DNA of 64,000 nucleotides from Octopus bimaculoides (GCF_001194135.2 NC_068994.1:34600874-34664873); one strand, 5' to 3'. Shown: positions 39,923-52,705, counted from the stretch's first letter. Notes: generated by a model not told the origin, from the sequence alone. Numbers and translations are program-made.

Positions 39923-40533
39923 GATGAATTATGTTGATATAATAGTAAAATTGTTTGTGTGTAAGTACGTATATAAACGCACACGTAAACATAAATAATT
40001 TGAGAAAAATTTCGTAGCTGTATCTCTCAACTTGGGAGAGACTCTTACATGAATAATATATGTATACATGTGTGTGTGCTCACAATGAAACGGTTAACAG
40101 TGAATTCGAAGTTTAAGTGTACTGTTATTAGAGAGTCTGATAATGGCTAGTAAGTGGAAATTTTGAACTCACAACCCAAAGGTAGTTACTTACGAATTAT
40201 AAGTAAGTTAGTATCAATTTATTTAATTCTAAGACTTCTATATGCCAAAGATAAAAAGCAGTTCTGCATTATAAAAGTTTCATAAACAATAAAAGTTCTT
40301 TGAGAGCCAGTGCAGTGCCACATTGGTTGTTTCATGCTATGAAGTGGAGAGAAGGAAATTCTTCTACAGTCGATAGCAGATATCATTTCCATTTTACCAA
40401 AATATCTACGCGCAATAGTTACTGTATCTGAAGGCATAAAAGTAGCAATTGTATAATAAACACACCCTAATTTCAGTCAACAGTGCATATTCAGGAAAAA
40501 ATATTTATTGAACATAGTATTTTAAGCCACGAA

Positions 40534-40743
40534 GGCAGCAAGCTAGTAGAATAGTTACTGCATCTGGCAAAATGCTTAGCAGCATTTCGCCCATTTTCGT
40601 TTTTCTGAGATCAAATTCCACCCAAGTCGACTTTATCTTTCATCTTTTCAAGGTCGATATAATAAGTACCAGTTGAGTACGAGAATCGACTTACCCCCAC
40701 CGCACCCGAAACTCCTGACCGTGTGCCAAAATTTGAAGCCAAT
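40534..40743 (+). mobile_element. tRNA-derived SINE, family A (CpG-retaining copy)
   Basis: AAGCTAGTAGAATAGTTA...CTGAGATCAAATTCC..AAGTCGACTTTATCTTTCATC..GTCGATATAATAAGTACCAGTTGAG..AAAATTTGAAGCCAAT. Confidence 0.85.
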
Positions 40744-41760
40744 ATATAAAGCAATCTCACATAAGGACTAAAGGTGTCCTTTGTTTCATCAATTACAGTA
40801 GTTAATTGAATATATGGAAAGTAAAATCTCAGCAAGACACTAGATTTTGTCCACCTTCGTAAGTTGGTAGCGTATTAGAAAGACAATTAATGGGATTGCA
40901 TTAGAGTTACTTCCCTTATATGATACTTTATTGTATTACCACTACAAGAGGGAGTTTTGTTTCTTAATACTATGGAGAATATATATGCAAGATGCCTTTT
41001 TTTTTTTTAAACTTATTACGTTACATATGTGAGACCCTACAATACTAGAAAACCACGTTAGAAATAATAAACACCAATTTCATATTGAAGTACATTCTTA
41101 GACTGGCCTTTACAAAAACAAAAATGCCAGTACAAAAATTATATGTAAGCGTTCAAGTGTACACACGGGCATACATCTACCATAATGATCATAAATAAGA
41201 TAGAACAGGTATCGTTAAAAATCAAGCAGCGAATTACTTGGTACATGACCGCACAGAAAGAATCAATTTTGAAATTGCTTTGTTTTTGCGTTATACAGGG
41301 TGAAGCACAATGCACTAGTCAATANNNNNNNNNNAATCACTAGATAGGATACGGGAAAGATAGTTGAGAACAAATAGCAGTGAGTGTAGATGTCGTATGT
41401 ATTTACTCCCCCTTTCAATTTTAGATTCCGGACCTCCGGTGAATCAATTATGTTTCCCTTCACTTTGTAGTTGATAAAAGAAGAAGCCTTAATATAAACA
41501 AGGCAAGTGATTCCAGTTCTTCATCCACCCCACGAAAAATTGTTGTTTATTTATCTGAAAATAAGGTAGTCAAAAGGGATAAACGTTTTTTCCTCGTGTT
41601 CGACCGATCTGTCCGGTGACTCAACAGCTAGAGTATGATAAACAAGGGAGAGAACTCTTGCATTTCTTAATGTTCCTTCTTAAAACTAATTCTACCTTAA
41701 CTTGCGGAAACAGGATTGTATCATATATATGGGACGATATGCTGTGTGTTTGTGTGTATT

Positions 41761-42095
41761 CTTTTATTCCTTTGCTACAGTTATTTGACTGCGGCCTTTG
41801 TAAGCCTGGTACTTATTCTATCCGACTCTTTTTGCCGAACCGCTAAGTTACGCAGATGTAATCACACCAACACTGATTTTCAAGCGATGGTGGGGGACAA
41901 ATACACACACACACTCACACACACATATATATACGACAGGCTTCTTTCAGTTTCCATCTACCAAATCCACTCACAAGGCTTTGGTCGACCTGAGGGTATA
42001 GTAGAAGACTCTTACCCATGGTGTCATGAAGTGGGGCTGAACCCAGAAAAATGTGGTTGGGAAGGAAACTTCTTACCACACAGCCACGTCTGTGC

Positions 42096-42096
<1 letters not shown>
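41761..42096 (-). mobile_element. tRNA-derived SINE, local family B
   Basis: Reverse complement of TGGCTGTGTGGTAAGAAG...TTCTGGGTTCAGCCCCAC...AAAGCCTTGTGAGTGGATTTGGTAGATGGAAACTGAAAGAAGCC. Confidence 0.85.
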
Positions 42097-42128
<32 letters not shown>

Positions 42129-42156
42129 ACCACACATTCGTGCATGTCACATGGTC

Positions 42157-42615
42157 GCAGGTATGGCTGTGTGGTTGGAAGTCTGCTTCCCAGCTACATG
42201 GTTCTGGGTTCAGTCCCACTGTGACACCTTGGGCAAGTGTCTTCTACAGTAGCCTCAGGCTGACCAAAGTCTTGTGAGTGGATTTGGTAGACAGAAAACT
42301 AAAAGAAGCCTGTCGTATATATATATGTGTCTATTTATATGTATGTGTGCGTGTCTGTACCTAAGTCTATTTATGTGTATGTGTGTGTGTTTGTGCCTGT
42401 GTTTATTCCTCACCACTGCTTGACAATTGGTGTTGGCTTATTTACATGCCCATAACATTAGCAGTTCAGCTAAAACGACCAACAGAGTAAGTGTGAGGGA
42501 GACTGACAGAATAACTGTCAGGCTTAAAAAAAGTACTGGGGTTGGTTCCTGTGACTACAATCTCTTGAAGGGCAGTGTCCCAGCATGGCTGCACTCTGAC
42601 TGAAACAAGTGAAAA
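42157..42615 (+). mobile_element. tRNA-derived SINE, family B, full length with internal (TG/TA)n
   Basis: A-box TGGCTGTGTGG, B-box GGTTCAGTCCC, body CTTGGGCAAGTGTCTTCTAC..GTGAGTGGATTTGGTAGAC, tail CCCAGCATGGCTGCA..GAAACAAGT. Confidence 0.85.
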
Positions 42616-42689
42616 TGCACACACAAGTACACATGTAGCTATGCATGTGTACTATTGTAGGTGAAAATACACGAATCAATAATGAAGAT

Positions 42690-42930
42690 GCTGCACATCA
42701 CAGTTGCAAAACCATGGGTTCGATTCCCAGACTGAGCAGTGCATTGTGTTCTTGAGCAAAACATTTCATCTCTCATTGCTGTACAATCTCTTTGGCATCT
42801 GACACGTGGCATACTGTACATCTGTGCTAGTGATGTCAGTTTGATGAAGGAGTAAGCTAATGTACTGCACTCATACTAGGTCATTATGAATATATCATCT
42901 ATGCAGGTTGCTTAGCAAGAAATTATAGAA
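42690..42930 (+). mobile_element. SINE, family E
   Basis: B-box GGGTTCGATTCCCAGAC, then GTGTTCTTGAGCAAAACATTTCATC..ATCTGACACGTGG. Confidence 0.6.
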
Positions 42931-43146
42931 GCCTTAACTATTGCTTATGAATGGAGAATCAATGATTATTATATCGATATATATGTATATATAAAGTCAT
43001 AAATGACATAGAAATAGTTTTATGACTTTATACACTCCTTATTGTTTACTCTTGTAACATACTATATATTCCGTATGTTTTATAGAATGATACATTAAGG
43101 AGCTTTCTTATTAGTACGACCGGATTACTTGAATCCATATATTGTG

Positions 43147-43184
<38 letters not shown>

Positions 43185-43924
43185 TTGCAATTGTTATAAT
43201 GATAGAAAATATGGAGTATGATACATCCTCAAAATTTATTTCCTTTTATTCTGCTATGCCATACAGCATATTTTTTATGGTTACAATGACCAATACATGT
43301 TTTCACTGCATAGAGTATGAGTAGTTGCATATGCAACTGGGCATAATCTTCTGTGCAGCTTCATTCAGGGTTGCAGTGGAAACATGTGAAAGTGATCATA
43401 ATCATAAAAATGCATTGTATGACATCTTATATATGAATGGCAATTTCTGTCTGTCTGTTACCATCTTAATTCCTAAACCAGTGAACCAATATTCATGAAA
43501 CTTTGCCAACATGTTACACTAACATCCAGTTCAATAACAGGCTAATTGGATTTCAATAAAAGTCTATAATGTGCCTCCAGGGCCATTGGGCATATTATGA
43601 TAAAATGAGGTTTCAAAAAGTATTAGTTAGAGGGAAAGGGAGTAGCAGAGTGAGGTGACTTGTATCATTGAAGGTGAGAACAATTTTAGAAATGGGATGT
43701 TAATGTTAATACAGCTGTCATACACACTACCCTGCATACATACTTATGTAAATATGTAAATATATAAATACAACACACGCACACACACTGACAGGTGGTT
43801 GTGAGGAATACATAGGTTTAAGGAGACAGCACCAGGTTCCAGAATCTGCTATGGTATAGATGTCTTTTCTAATACCAACCATTTTACAGAGTGTATTGGG
43901 TACCTTATATATCGATTGGATATA

Positions 43925-44160
43925 GATCCTTTCCCAGTCATATAGACTCGTAGGACCAGTTTCCCAATTTCCGCAACATATATATTCCCCACCTGGACAG
44001 GATGCTAGTCCCTTGAAGGGTTACTCATTTTTGCCAGCTGGAGCTAAGTGAAATGAAGTGGTTTGCTCAAGAACACAATGTATTACTTGGTCCTGGAACT
44101 GAAACCTCAATCTCACAATCATGTGTCTAACATCCTAACCACTAAGCCACACACCTCCAC
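43925..44160 (-). mobile_element. tRNA-derived SINE, local family D
   Basis: Plus strand CTGGACAGGATGCTAGTCC..GGGTTACTCATTTTT..GAAATGAAGTGGTTTGCTCAAGAACACAA..CCTAACCACTAAGCCAC. Related decayed copies lie at ~4530-4730, 7070-7290, 19860-19995 and 46990-47210 (all -). Confidence 0.7.
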
Positions 44161-44494
44161 ATTGTGTGTGTGTGTGTGTATGTATGTGTGTGTGTGTGTG
44201 TGTGTGATGAATCATTAATGGGAGATTCACCATGTCCTTCCTCATGTGTACTAATGTAACTCTGCTGGTAATGGAACTTATATAATATGGGATAAATAAT
44301 ACCAAAAATGTCCTGTTTAATATTTAATTACTCTGCAATAAATACTTTCCAGTATTTAACAGCATTCTCAAATGTTTCCAACTTTCATATGAATCATAAC
44401 TCCTACATATATGCTTTGGAGACCTGGAATACGCAGATGTATTTCATGAGGATACAGTGTGGATTATAACCCTATCTATTACTATATATATATA

Positions 44495-44886
44495 GTGGAG
44501 GCGCAATGGCCCAGTGATTAGGGCAACAGATTTGCGGTCATAGTATTGCGGTTTTGATTCCCAGACTAGGCATTGTGAGTGTATCTTGAGCAAAAACACA
44601 TAAAGCTCCACGAGGCAGGCTCCGGCAGGGGATGGTGGTGAACCCTGCTGTACTCTTTCACCACAACTTTCTCTCACTCTTACTTTCTGTTTCTGTTGTG
44701 CCCGTAGTTCAAAGGGTCAGCCTTGTCACACTGTGTCATGCTGAATCTCCCCGAGAACTACGTTAAGGGTACACGTGTCTGTGGAGTGCTCAGCCACTTG
44801 CACGTTAATTTCACAAGCAGGCTGTTCCGTTGATCGGATCAACTGGAACCCTCGACGTCATAATCGACGGAGTGCCAACAACAATT
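44495..44886 (+). mobile_element. tRNA-derived SINE, local family C, copy 1 of a tandem dimer
   Basis: GTGGAGGCGCAATGGCCCAGTG (A-box), GGTTTTGATTCCC (B-box), ~390 bp, ending GACGGAGTGCCAACAACAA. Confidence 0.85.
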
Positions 44887-44898
44887 ACTATATATATA

Positions 44899-45279
44899 GT
44901 GGAGGCGCAATGGCCCAGTAGTTAGGGCAACAGACTTGCGGACATAGTATCGCGGTTTTGATTCCCAGACAGGGCATTGTGAGTGTTTCTTGAGCAAAAA
45001 CACCTAAAGCTTCATGAGGCTCCAGCAAGTGGTCATGGAGAACCCTGCCGTACTTTTTCACTACAAGTTTCTCTCACTCTTTCTTCCTGTTTCTGTTATA
45101 TCTTTATTTCAAAGGGTCAGCCTTGTCACACTGTTTCATGCTGGATCTCCTCAAGAACTACGTTAAGGGTACACGTGTCTGTGAAGTGCTCAACCACTTG
45201 CACGTTAATTTCACGAGCAGGTTGTTCCATTGATCAGATCAACTGGAACCCTTGTCATCGTAACCGATGGAATGACACA
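44899..45279 (+). mobile_element. tRNA-derived SINE, family C, copy 2 of the tandem dimer
   Basis: Colinear with copy 1 (offset 404 bp); separated from it by ACTATATATATA. Confidence 0.85.
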
Positions 45280-45367
45280 ACTATATATATAACTATCTAT
45301 GAAGGCACATAGCTCAGTGATAAGTGTCAGACTCACAATCATGAGGTAGTGAGTTTAATTCCAGTCT

Positions 45368-45586
45368 AGTACTTATTCTATTGGTCTCTTCTGCCAAACA
45401 GCTAAGTTACGGAGATCTAAACACACCAACATCGGTTATCAAGTGATGGTGGGGGAGGGCAAATACAGACACACAAATACACACACACACATGATGGGCT
45501 TCTTTCAGTTCCTGCCTATCAAATCTACTCACAAAGCTTTGGTCAGCCCGAGGCTACAGTAGAAGACACTTGCCCAAGATGCCACT
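45368..45586 (-). mobile_element. Partial SINE, family B
   Basis: GGGCTTCTTTCAGTT..AAATCTACTCACAAAGCTTTGGTC..AGTAGAAGACACTTGCCCAAG. Confidence 0.75.
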
Positions 45587-47315
45587 CCTACAATTTAGCC
45601 TTAATGATTCTTAAAAATTAAGGCACAACCTGTAGGATGCCAAAACTGTTAGGTGTGATCATATAAAGCTAACAAAAATGCCATCAAAACAGGTGTAATA
45701 CATTTTAGATACCATTTTAAAACATTTCTTTATATGTGTGTGTGTGTGTGTGTGTGTGTNNNNNNNNNNNNNNNNNNNNNNNNNNNNNNNNNNNNNNNNN
45801 NNNNNNNNNNNNNNNNNNNNNNNNNNNNNNNNNNNNNNNNNNNNNNNNNNNNNNNNNNNNNNNNNNNNNNNNNNNNNNNNNNNNNNNNNNNNNNNNNNNN
45901 NNNNNNNNNNNNNNNNNNNNNNNNNNNNNNNNNNNNNNNNNNNNNNNNNNNNNNNNNNNNNNNNNNNNNNNNNNNNNNNNNNNNNNNNNNNNNNNNNNNN
46001 NNNNNNNNNNNNNNNNNNNNNNNNNNNNNNNNNNNNNNNNNNNNNNNNNNNNNNNNNNNNNNNNNNNNNNNNNNNNNNNNNNNNNNNNNNNNNNNNNNNN
46101 NNNNNNNNNNNNNNNNNNNNNNNNNNNNNNNNNNNNNNNNNNNNNNNNNNNNNNNNNNNNNNNNNNNNNNNNNNNNNNNNNNNNNNNNNNNNNNNNNNNN
46201 NNNNNNNNNNNNNNNNNNNNNNNNNNNNNNNNNNNNNNNNNNNNNNNNNNNNNNNNNNNNNNNNNNNNNNNNNNNNNNNNNNNNNNNNNNNNNNNNNNNN
46301 NNNNNNNNNNNNNNNNNNNNNNNNNNNNNNNNNNNNNNNNNNNNNNNNNNNNNNNNNNNNNNNNNNNNNNNNNNNNNNNNNNNNNNNNNNNNNNNNNNNN
46401 NNNNNNNNNNNNNNNNNNNNNNNNNNNNNNNNNNNNNNNNNNNNNNNNNNNNNNNNNNNNNNNNNNNNNNNNNNNNNNNNNNNNNNNNNNNNNNNNNNNN
46501 NNNNNNNNNNNNNNNNNNNNNNNNNNNNNNNNNNNNNNNNNNNNNNNNNNNNNNNNNNNNNNNNNNNNNNNNNNNNNNNNNNNNNNNNNNNNNNNNNNNN
46601 NNNNNNNNNNNNNNNNNNNNNNNNNNNNNNNNNNNNNNNNNNNNNNNNNNNNNNNNNNNNNATATATATATATATATATATAATACATACATACATATGT
46701 TAATAATTGGCAGAAGTGACTCAAGGGCTGAGAGTTTCATGCATTAGCATTCCGTTGCTCCTGATAAATATTAATACACGCATACACATATTCGTATTCT
46801 GAGTTCTATTTCTTATGTTTGCATCACCAAACCTATATCTTGATGGAGACAAACACAAAACACTCTCTTAACATGAAACTAATGATAGCCTTAACCTATA
46901 AAGAATTTTTAACCACCAATGGAGTGTTGAGCACTCATACTCATTGATCAATATTACCATATCAATATATATATAAGGGAATAAAGATATCTTTTGGTCA
47001 TGAAAGCAGCTCCCACCCACTCTTCATGCCACTTATGTTATCCAAGAGAAAGGCAAAGGTCAATACAGCTTGGCATCAGTGATGTTGCAACTCATTTCTA
47101 CAGTTGAGTGAACTGGAGCAATGTGAAATAAAGTGTTTTGCATAAGAACACAACACACAGCCCAGTCTGAAAATCGAACTCACTATCTCACTGAACCATG
47201 CAACTTCACACATATATATTTATAGACAGTAAAAACTAATCAATGTGGTTAGCCAAAACCTCGAACATAACTGAGAGCTGCCATGGTGTCAACCCAGATA
47301 ATATATCCCTTTAAA

Positions 47316-47361
<46 letters not shown>

Positions 47362-47959
47362 ATTTAATAAACACAATACATGTTTTCACATGCTTATACT
47401 ATTCGTTTCATGTGCTGGGAATATACCAAACAATGTTTTATAACATGTCTGACATCTCAGTACAGTCGTCAGGTACCAGATGGAGTACTTCTTTTGTTGA
47501 TCTTGCCATCACAGAACAGTATATTATATATATATGTGTGTGTATTTATACACAAATCATTACTGTTTATTGTTCAATTTTCTCAGGTAGCTTGGGTCAG
47601 ATTTTTGTTTTCTGAGGCTGGATGTCATTCCTTTTGCTAACCATCACCCATTTCCAAGTTAGGTAATTACATCATGGAAAACAGGAAATGAATAACACAC
47701 ACACACACACACAGGTGTGTGTGTGTGTGTGTGTGTGAATATGAAGGGCTTCTTTCAATTTCTCTCCATTAATTTTTGGTTGGTCTGGGGCTATAGCAGG
47801 ATACACTTGTTCAGGATCCCACACAGTGAGACTGAACCCAATGTCACATGGGTAGTTTGCAAGCTTCTTAACTGCATAACCACTCTTGTATACACATACA
47901 TGTTCAAACACACACACACATAGACACACACACGTGAGTGTGTGTAGTGATCAATAAAG

Positions 47960-49150
47960 ATTCTTGTATCTTCCATCGTCCATCTCTCTCATTAACCAAG
48001 TATCACTATATGAGATCTCACGCCAGAAATTTGGACACCTTTTCCACATCTACTTAATGGAAAACCGGAAAAGATACTTGGATGATTGTTTCATCATATG
48101 GAAGGAATCCTATGGAAAACTTTTAGAATTCAAAACCATACTTAACAACATACATCCCAGCATTCAATTCACTATGGAATTCAGCAAACATCATCTCCCT
48201 TTTCTTGATCTCTTAATTATAAAAACACCTAATAACCAAATCACAACTGACGTCTACCACAAACCTACAGATTCACAACAATACCTCCTATTCAGCTCAT
48301 GCCACCCAAAACACACGAAGATAAATATCCCCTTCAATTTAGCTAAAAGAATTTGCACCATTTTCTCTGACCCAACCACTCAAGAAATACGCTTACAAGA
48401 CCTCAAAAAAAAAAACACTATTACAATGCCAATATCCCTCCAAACTCATAGACTTTGGAATAAACATGCCAAGGAACTTGACAAAAACACACTGAAAACC
48501 ACCCAACACAGTAACACACCCAACCCCAAAATACTTCCATACATCTCCACCCACAACCCCAAAAACATCGAAGCATACACCACAATCAAACAAAACCTCC
48601 CCTTACTAACCACAGACCCGAAAATGAATAATATCATCAATACACATAAAGTCCTTAAATGTGAAAGGCAACACAAATCTTTGAAAAAACTCTTAACTAA
48701 TACCAAACTACACACACCACTTCCACCCCATCAGTTAAAAAATGTGCATGCTCTAACTGTGGTACCTGCCCCTACCTACTTGAAGGCTCTAAATTTACCT
48801 TCAAACAAGGAACAAGGTTTAAAATCAAGACCAACTTCTCTTGTTCCTCTGGGAACCTCATTTATGTTCTCACATGCACAGGTTGCCAACACAACTATAT
48901 CAGACAGATGAGCCTCTCTTTGCATAGAAGAGTAGTAGTCCGTAAAGAAAAAATAAATCTTCCACAACACCGCCAAATTCCACTCAGTGGCCACATAGAC
49001 TCTTGCGCCAAAAATAAAAACCCTAAATTCCTAATATTCCCTTTCTATCAATGTAAAGACAGAATCTCTACACAGGAAAGAATCAACAAGGAGAATCTTT
49101 TTATAGAGAAATTTCAAACGCTTCTTAACATACAAACTCCTTAGTGACCA
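47960..49150 (+). mobile_element. 5'-truncated Penelope-like element: RT C-terminal half, Cys-rich linker, GIY-YIG endonuclease (frameshifted)
   Basis: RYLDDCFIIW, IQFTME, LPFLDLLI, VYHKPTDSQQYL.FSSCHP and NIPFNLAKRI. A second frame from ~48743 reads CACSNCGTC...CSSGNLIYVLTCTGCQHNYIRQ...L.RR (GIY-YIG-like LIY/YIR). Confidence 0.9.
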
Positions 49151-49403
49151 TANNNNNNNNNNAATCATTTACATGGATTACCATTGAACTTTAAAAACTC
49201 AAAGACAATATAATGTATTGGTATATTTATTTTTTATATTTTTGTAAAAAAAAACATTATTTTCATTTTGCCTCTTCTTGAAAATTTGCCATGCAATGAA
49301 AGTCGGTTAGAAATCCTTTTTAATCCTCCTTATGCACATCTGTATTAAAACATGCTTTCAGTTTAGCATTCTGCCTTATTATTATTATTATCTTTTATTT
49401 TCC

Positions 49404-49458
<55 letters not shown>

Positions 49459-49996
49459 TAATAATAATAATACTTTCTAATTTAGACTCAAATATTTGAA
49501 GTTTTTGAAAAGGATGGCAGAGTCAGTACCACCACACCCAGTATTTAGCTGTTATCTTATGTCATCAATCCTGAAAGGATAAAAGCAAAGTTGACTGTGT
49601 TCTAACAAGCCACCACCTTAATGCTAATAATAATGATTTCTTTTCTAACACTAACAACAGAAGCAACATTAATTAGTTCACATATTGCATATGAGAAGAC
49701 AGATTAAAAAAAGGACTCCATAATCGAAAGAGTAGAGTTAGTATGTCTTTGTGTGTGTGTGTGTGTGCGTGCTTAGATTTAAATATACTATGTTAGAGGT
49801 TAAACAACTGTCTAAGGGATATTATATATCCAATATGCTACTGGATTTATACCTACATATTTATATCCAAGTGCTTACTGTTGCAGGGCAGTAGCACAAT
49901 TGAATAATAGGTATGAGAGGGGGTAAAGCAGGAACTTACCCAGAATTTATAAGGCAAATAAGAAAATGGAGAGGATAATCAATAAACAAACATCAG

Positions 49997-50045
<49 letters not shown>

Positions 50046-50848
50046 NNNNNNNNNNNNNNNNNNNNNNNNNNNNNNNNNNNNNNNNNNNNNNNNNNNNNNN
50101 NNNNNNNNNNNNNNNNNNNNNNNNNNNNNNNNNNNNNNNNNNNNNNNNNNNNNNNNNNNNNNNNNNNNNNNNNNNNNNNNNNNNNNNNNNNNNNNNNNNN
50201 NNNNNNNNNNNNNNNNNNNNNNNNNNNNNNNNNNNNNNNNNNNNNNNNNNNNNNNNNNNNNNNNNNNNNNNNNNNNNNNNNNNNNNNNNNNNNNNNNNNN
50301 NNNNNNNNNNNNNNNNNNNNNNNNNNNNNNNNNNNNNNNNNNNNNNNNNNNNNNNNNNNNNNNNNNNNNNNNNNNNNNNNNNNNNNNNNNNNNNNNNNNN
50401 NNNNNNNNNNNNNNNNNNNNNNNNNNNNNNNNNNNNNNNNNNNNNNNNNNNNNNNNNNNNNNNNNNNNNNNNNNNNNNNNNNNNNNNNNNNNNNNNNNNN
50501 NNNNNNNNNNNNNNNNNNNNNNNNNNNNNNNNNNNNNNNNNNNNNNNNNNNNNNNNNNNNNNNNNNNNNNNNNNNNNNNNNNNNNNNNNNNNNNNNNNNN
50601 NNNNNNNNNNNNNNNNNNNNNNNNNNNNNNNNNNNNNNNNNNNNNNNNNNNNNNNNNNNNNNNNNNNNNNNNNNNNNNNNNNNNNNNNNNNNNNNNNNNN
50701 NNNNNNNNNNNNNNNNNNNNNNNNNNNNNNNNNNNNNNNNNNNNNNNNNNNNNNNNNNNNNNNNNNNNNNNNNNNNNNNNNNNNNNNNNNNNNNNNNNNN
50801 NNNNNNNNNNNNNNNNNNNNNNNNNNNNNNNNNNNNNNNNNNNNNNNN

Positions 50849-50956
<108 letters not shown>

Positions 50957-51342
50957 CATATGTGTGTGTACACACAAGACATCATAGAGAAAAACGGAGA
51001 ATTATTACATCTTCCAAATTTATTTATTAAAGCATTATTCTCATCAAATTCCAGTTCGACATGTGTTTCTGCCCGATAAGTGTCCTAGTGTCCATTGATG
51101 TAAAAGTTATATGCATTTAGTCGATTTAAATTTAAATCAATTTGCAGTACAATGCTCCACCTACCTAAAATTGATAACTCACCAAAGACTATATTAAAAC
51201 CAATAATAATCAATGTGAAAGGCAAGTAACCTGGAGTTAATAAATAGAGTCTACTAAAAAGGTTTAATGTTAGACTGGTTTTATTGGTAACTTGACATAA
51301 AAATATGCATATGTAACTTGACAAAAATGTTGTTCTTTTTTT

Positions 51343-51818
51343 CTTTTTACTTGTTTCAGTTATTAGAATGCGGCCATACTGGGGCACTGCTTTGAACAAT
51401 TTTTGTAGTCAAATGATTCAACCCCAGTACTTGAGATTTTTTCCCCTTTTCATGTTAAGCCTAGTACTTATTCCATCAGTCTCTTTTGCCGAACTGCTAA
51501 GTTATGGGGATGTAAACACATCAACACCAGTTGCCAAGCAGTGGTGGGGGACAAATACAGACACAGAGATATATGCACATCATCATTGTCATTGTTTAAT
51601 GTCTGTTGTCCATACTGGTATGGGTTGCACAGATATGTGTGTGAGTGTGTGTGTGTAGTATATACGATAAGTGTTTTTCAGTTTCCACCTACCAAATCCA
51701 TTCACAAGGCTTTGGTTGGCCTAAGGCTATAGTAGAAGACACTTGCCCAAGGTGCCATGCAGTGGGACTTAAACCAGAACCATGTGGTTGGGAAGCAAAC
51801 TTCTTACCACACAGCCAT
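51343..51818 (-). mobile_element. SINE, family B, full length
   Basis: Ends with GAACCATGTGGTTGGGAAGCAAACTTCTTACCACACAGCCAT (reverse tRNA head); body and tail as 42157-42615. Confidence 0.85.
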
Positions 51819-52298
51819 TTTTATACATTACTTAAAGTAAATATTTATATGATATGATAAATATTCATATTTAATCTTTTCATTAGTTTCAATCAATGGA
51901 CTATAAGCTATGCAGTAATATCATCAAGTGTTTTAAATTCACTATGACAACCCTAACACTGACATATATCATAAGTAGGTGTAAAGGGATGCAACCAGGG
52001 CATAAGGGGAACTAACCAGCACTTTACTGAGTCTATCATCACCCATTTGATACACACACACACTTATAAAAAAGCACCTGTAAATTTGGAAAATAATTTC
52101 CAGCAATGCAGCACTCAATACCCGAAAAATTGTAGTTTCTACAAATTTTACTGAAATATTAGATTAACCATCATTTCATTATGAAAATATTCTTTCATCT
52201 AACATTTGACTAGAATTACGCACACTCACTTACTCACATGTTAATTTAATCACTCAAAATTCCAAGTTTTACTGTATGTATGGCTAATGTGCACATGC

Positions 52299-52341
<43 letters not shown>

Positions 52342-52705
52342 ATCAACACAAATGAGAGGGAAAATCACTTTTAATTTTTTCACTTCTCACTAGGCTCCAT
52401 TTAAACAGATAATGGGTGAAATGTGACATATAATATGGAACTTATAAACAGTATATCTGTGGACAGTTAAAGGGGATTTTCAGTTGCTGACGAAATCCTA
52501 ACGCAGAATTGAAACTAGTCCAGCTGATCACTCATCTGACGCGTGCGCGCACACACACTCACTCACACACACACATACGTATGCACATATGGGCACACAG
52601 ATAAATGAGATAAATAATTTCCAGCAATACAGAACTCAATGCTCCCACAAAGATATAGGGTTGAGTAATTTTACTCAAATATTGGATAAACCATCACTTT
52701 CATTA

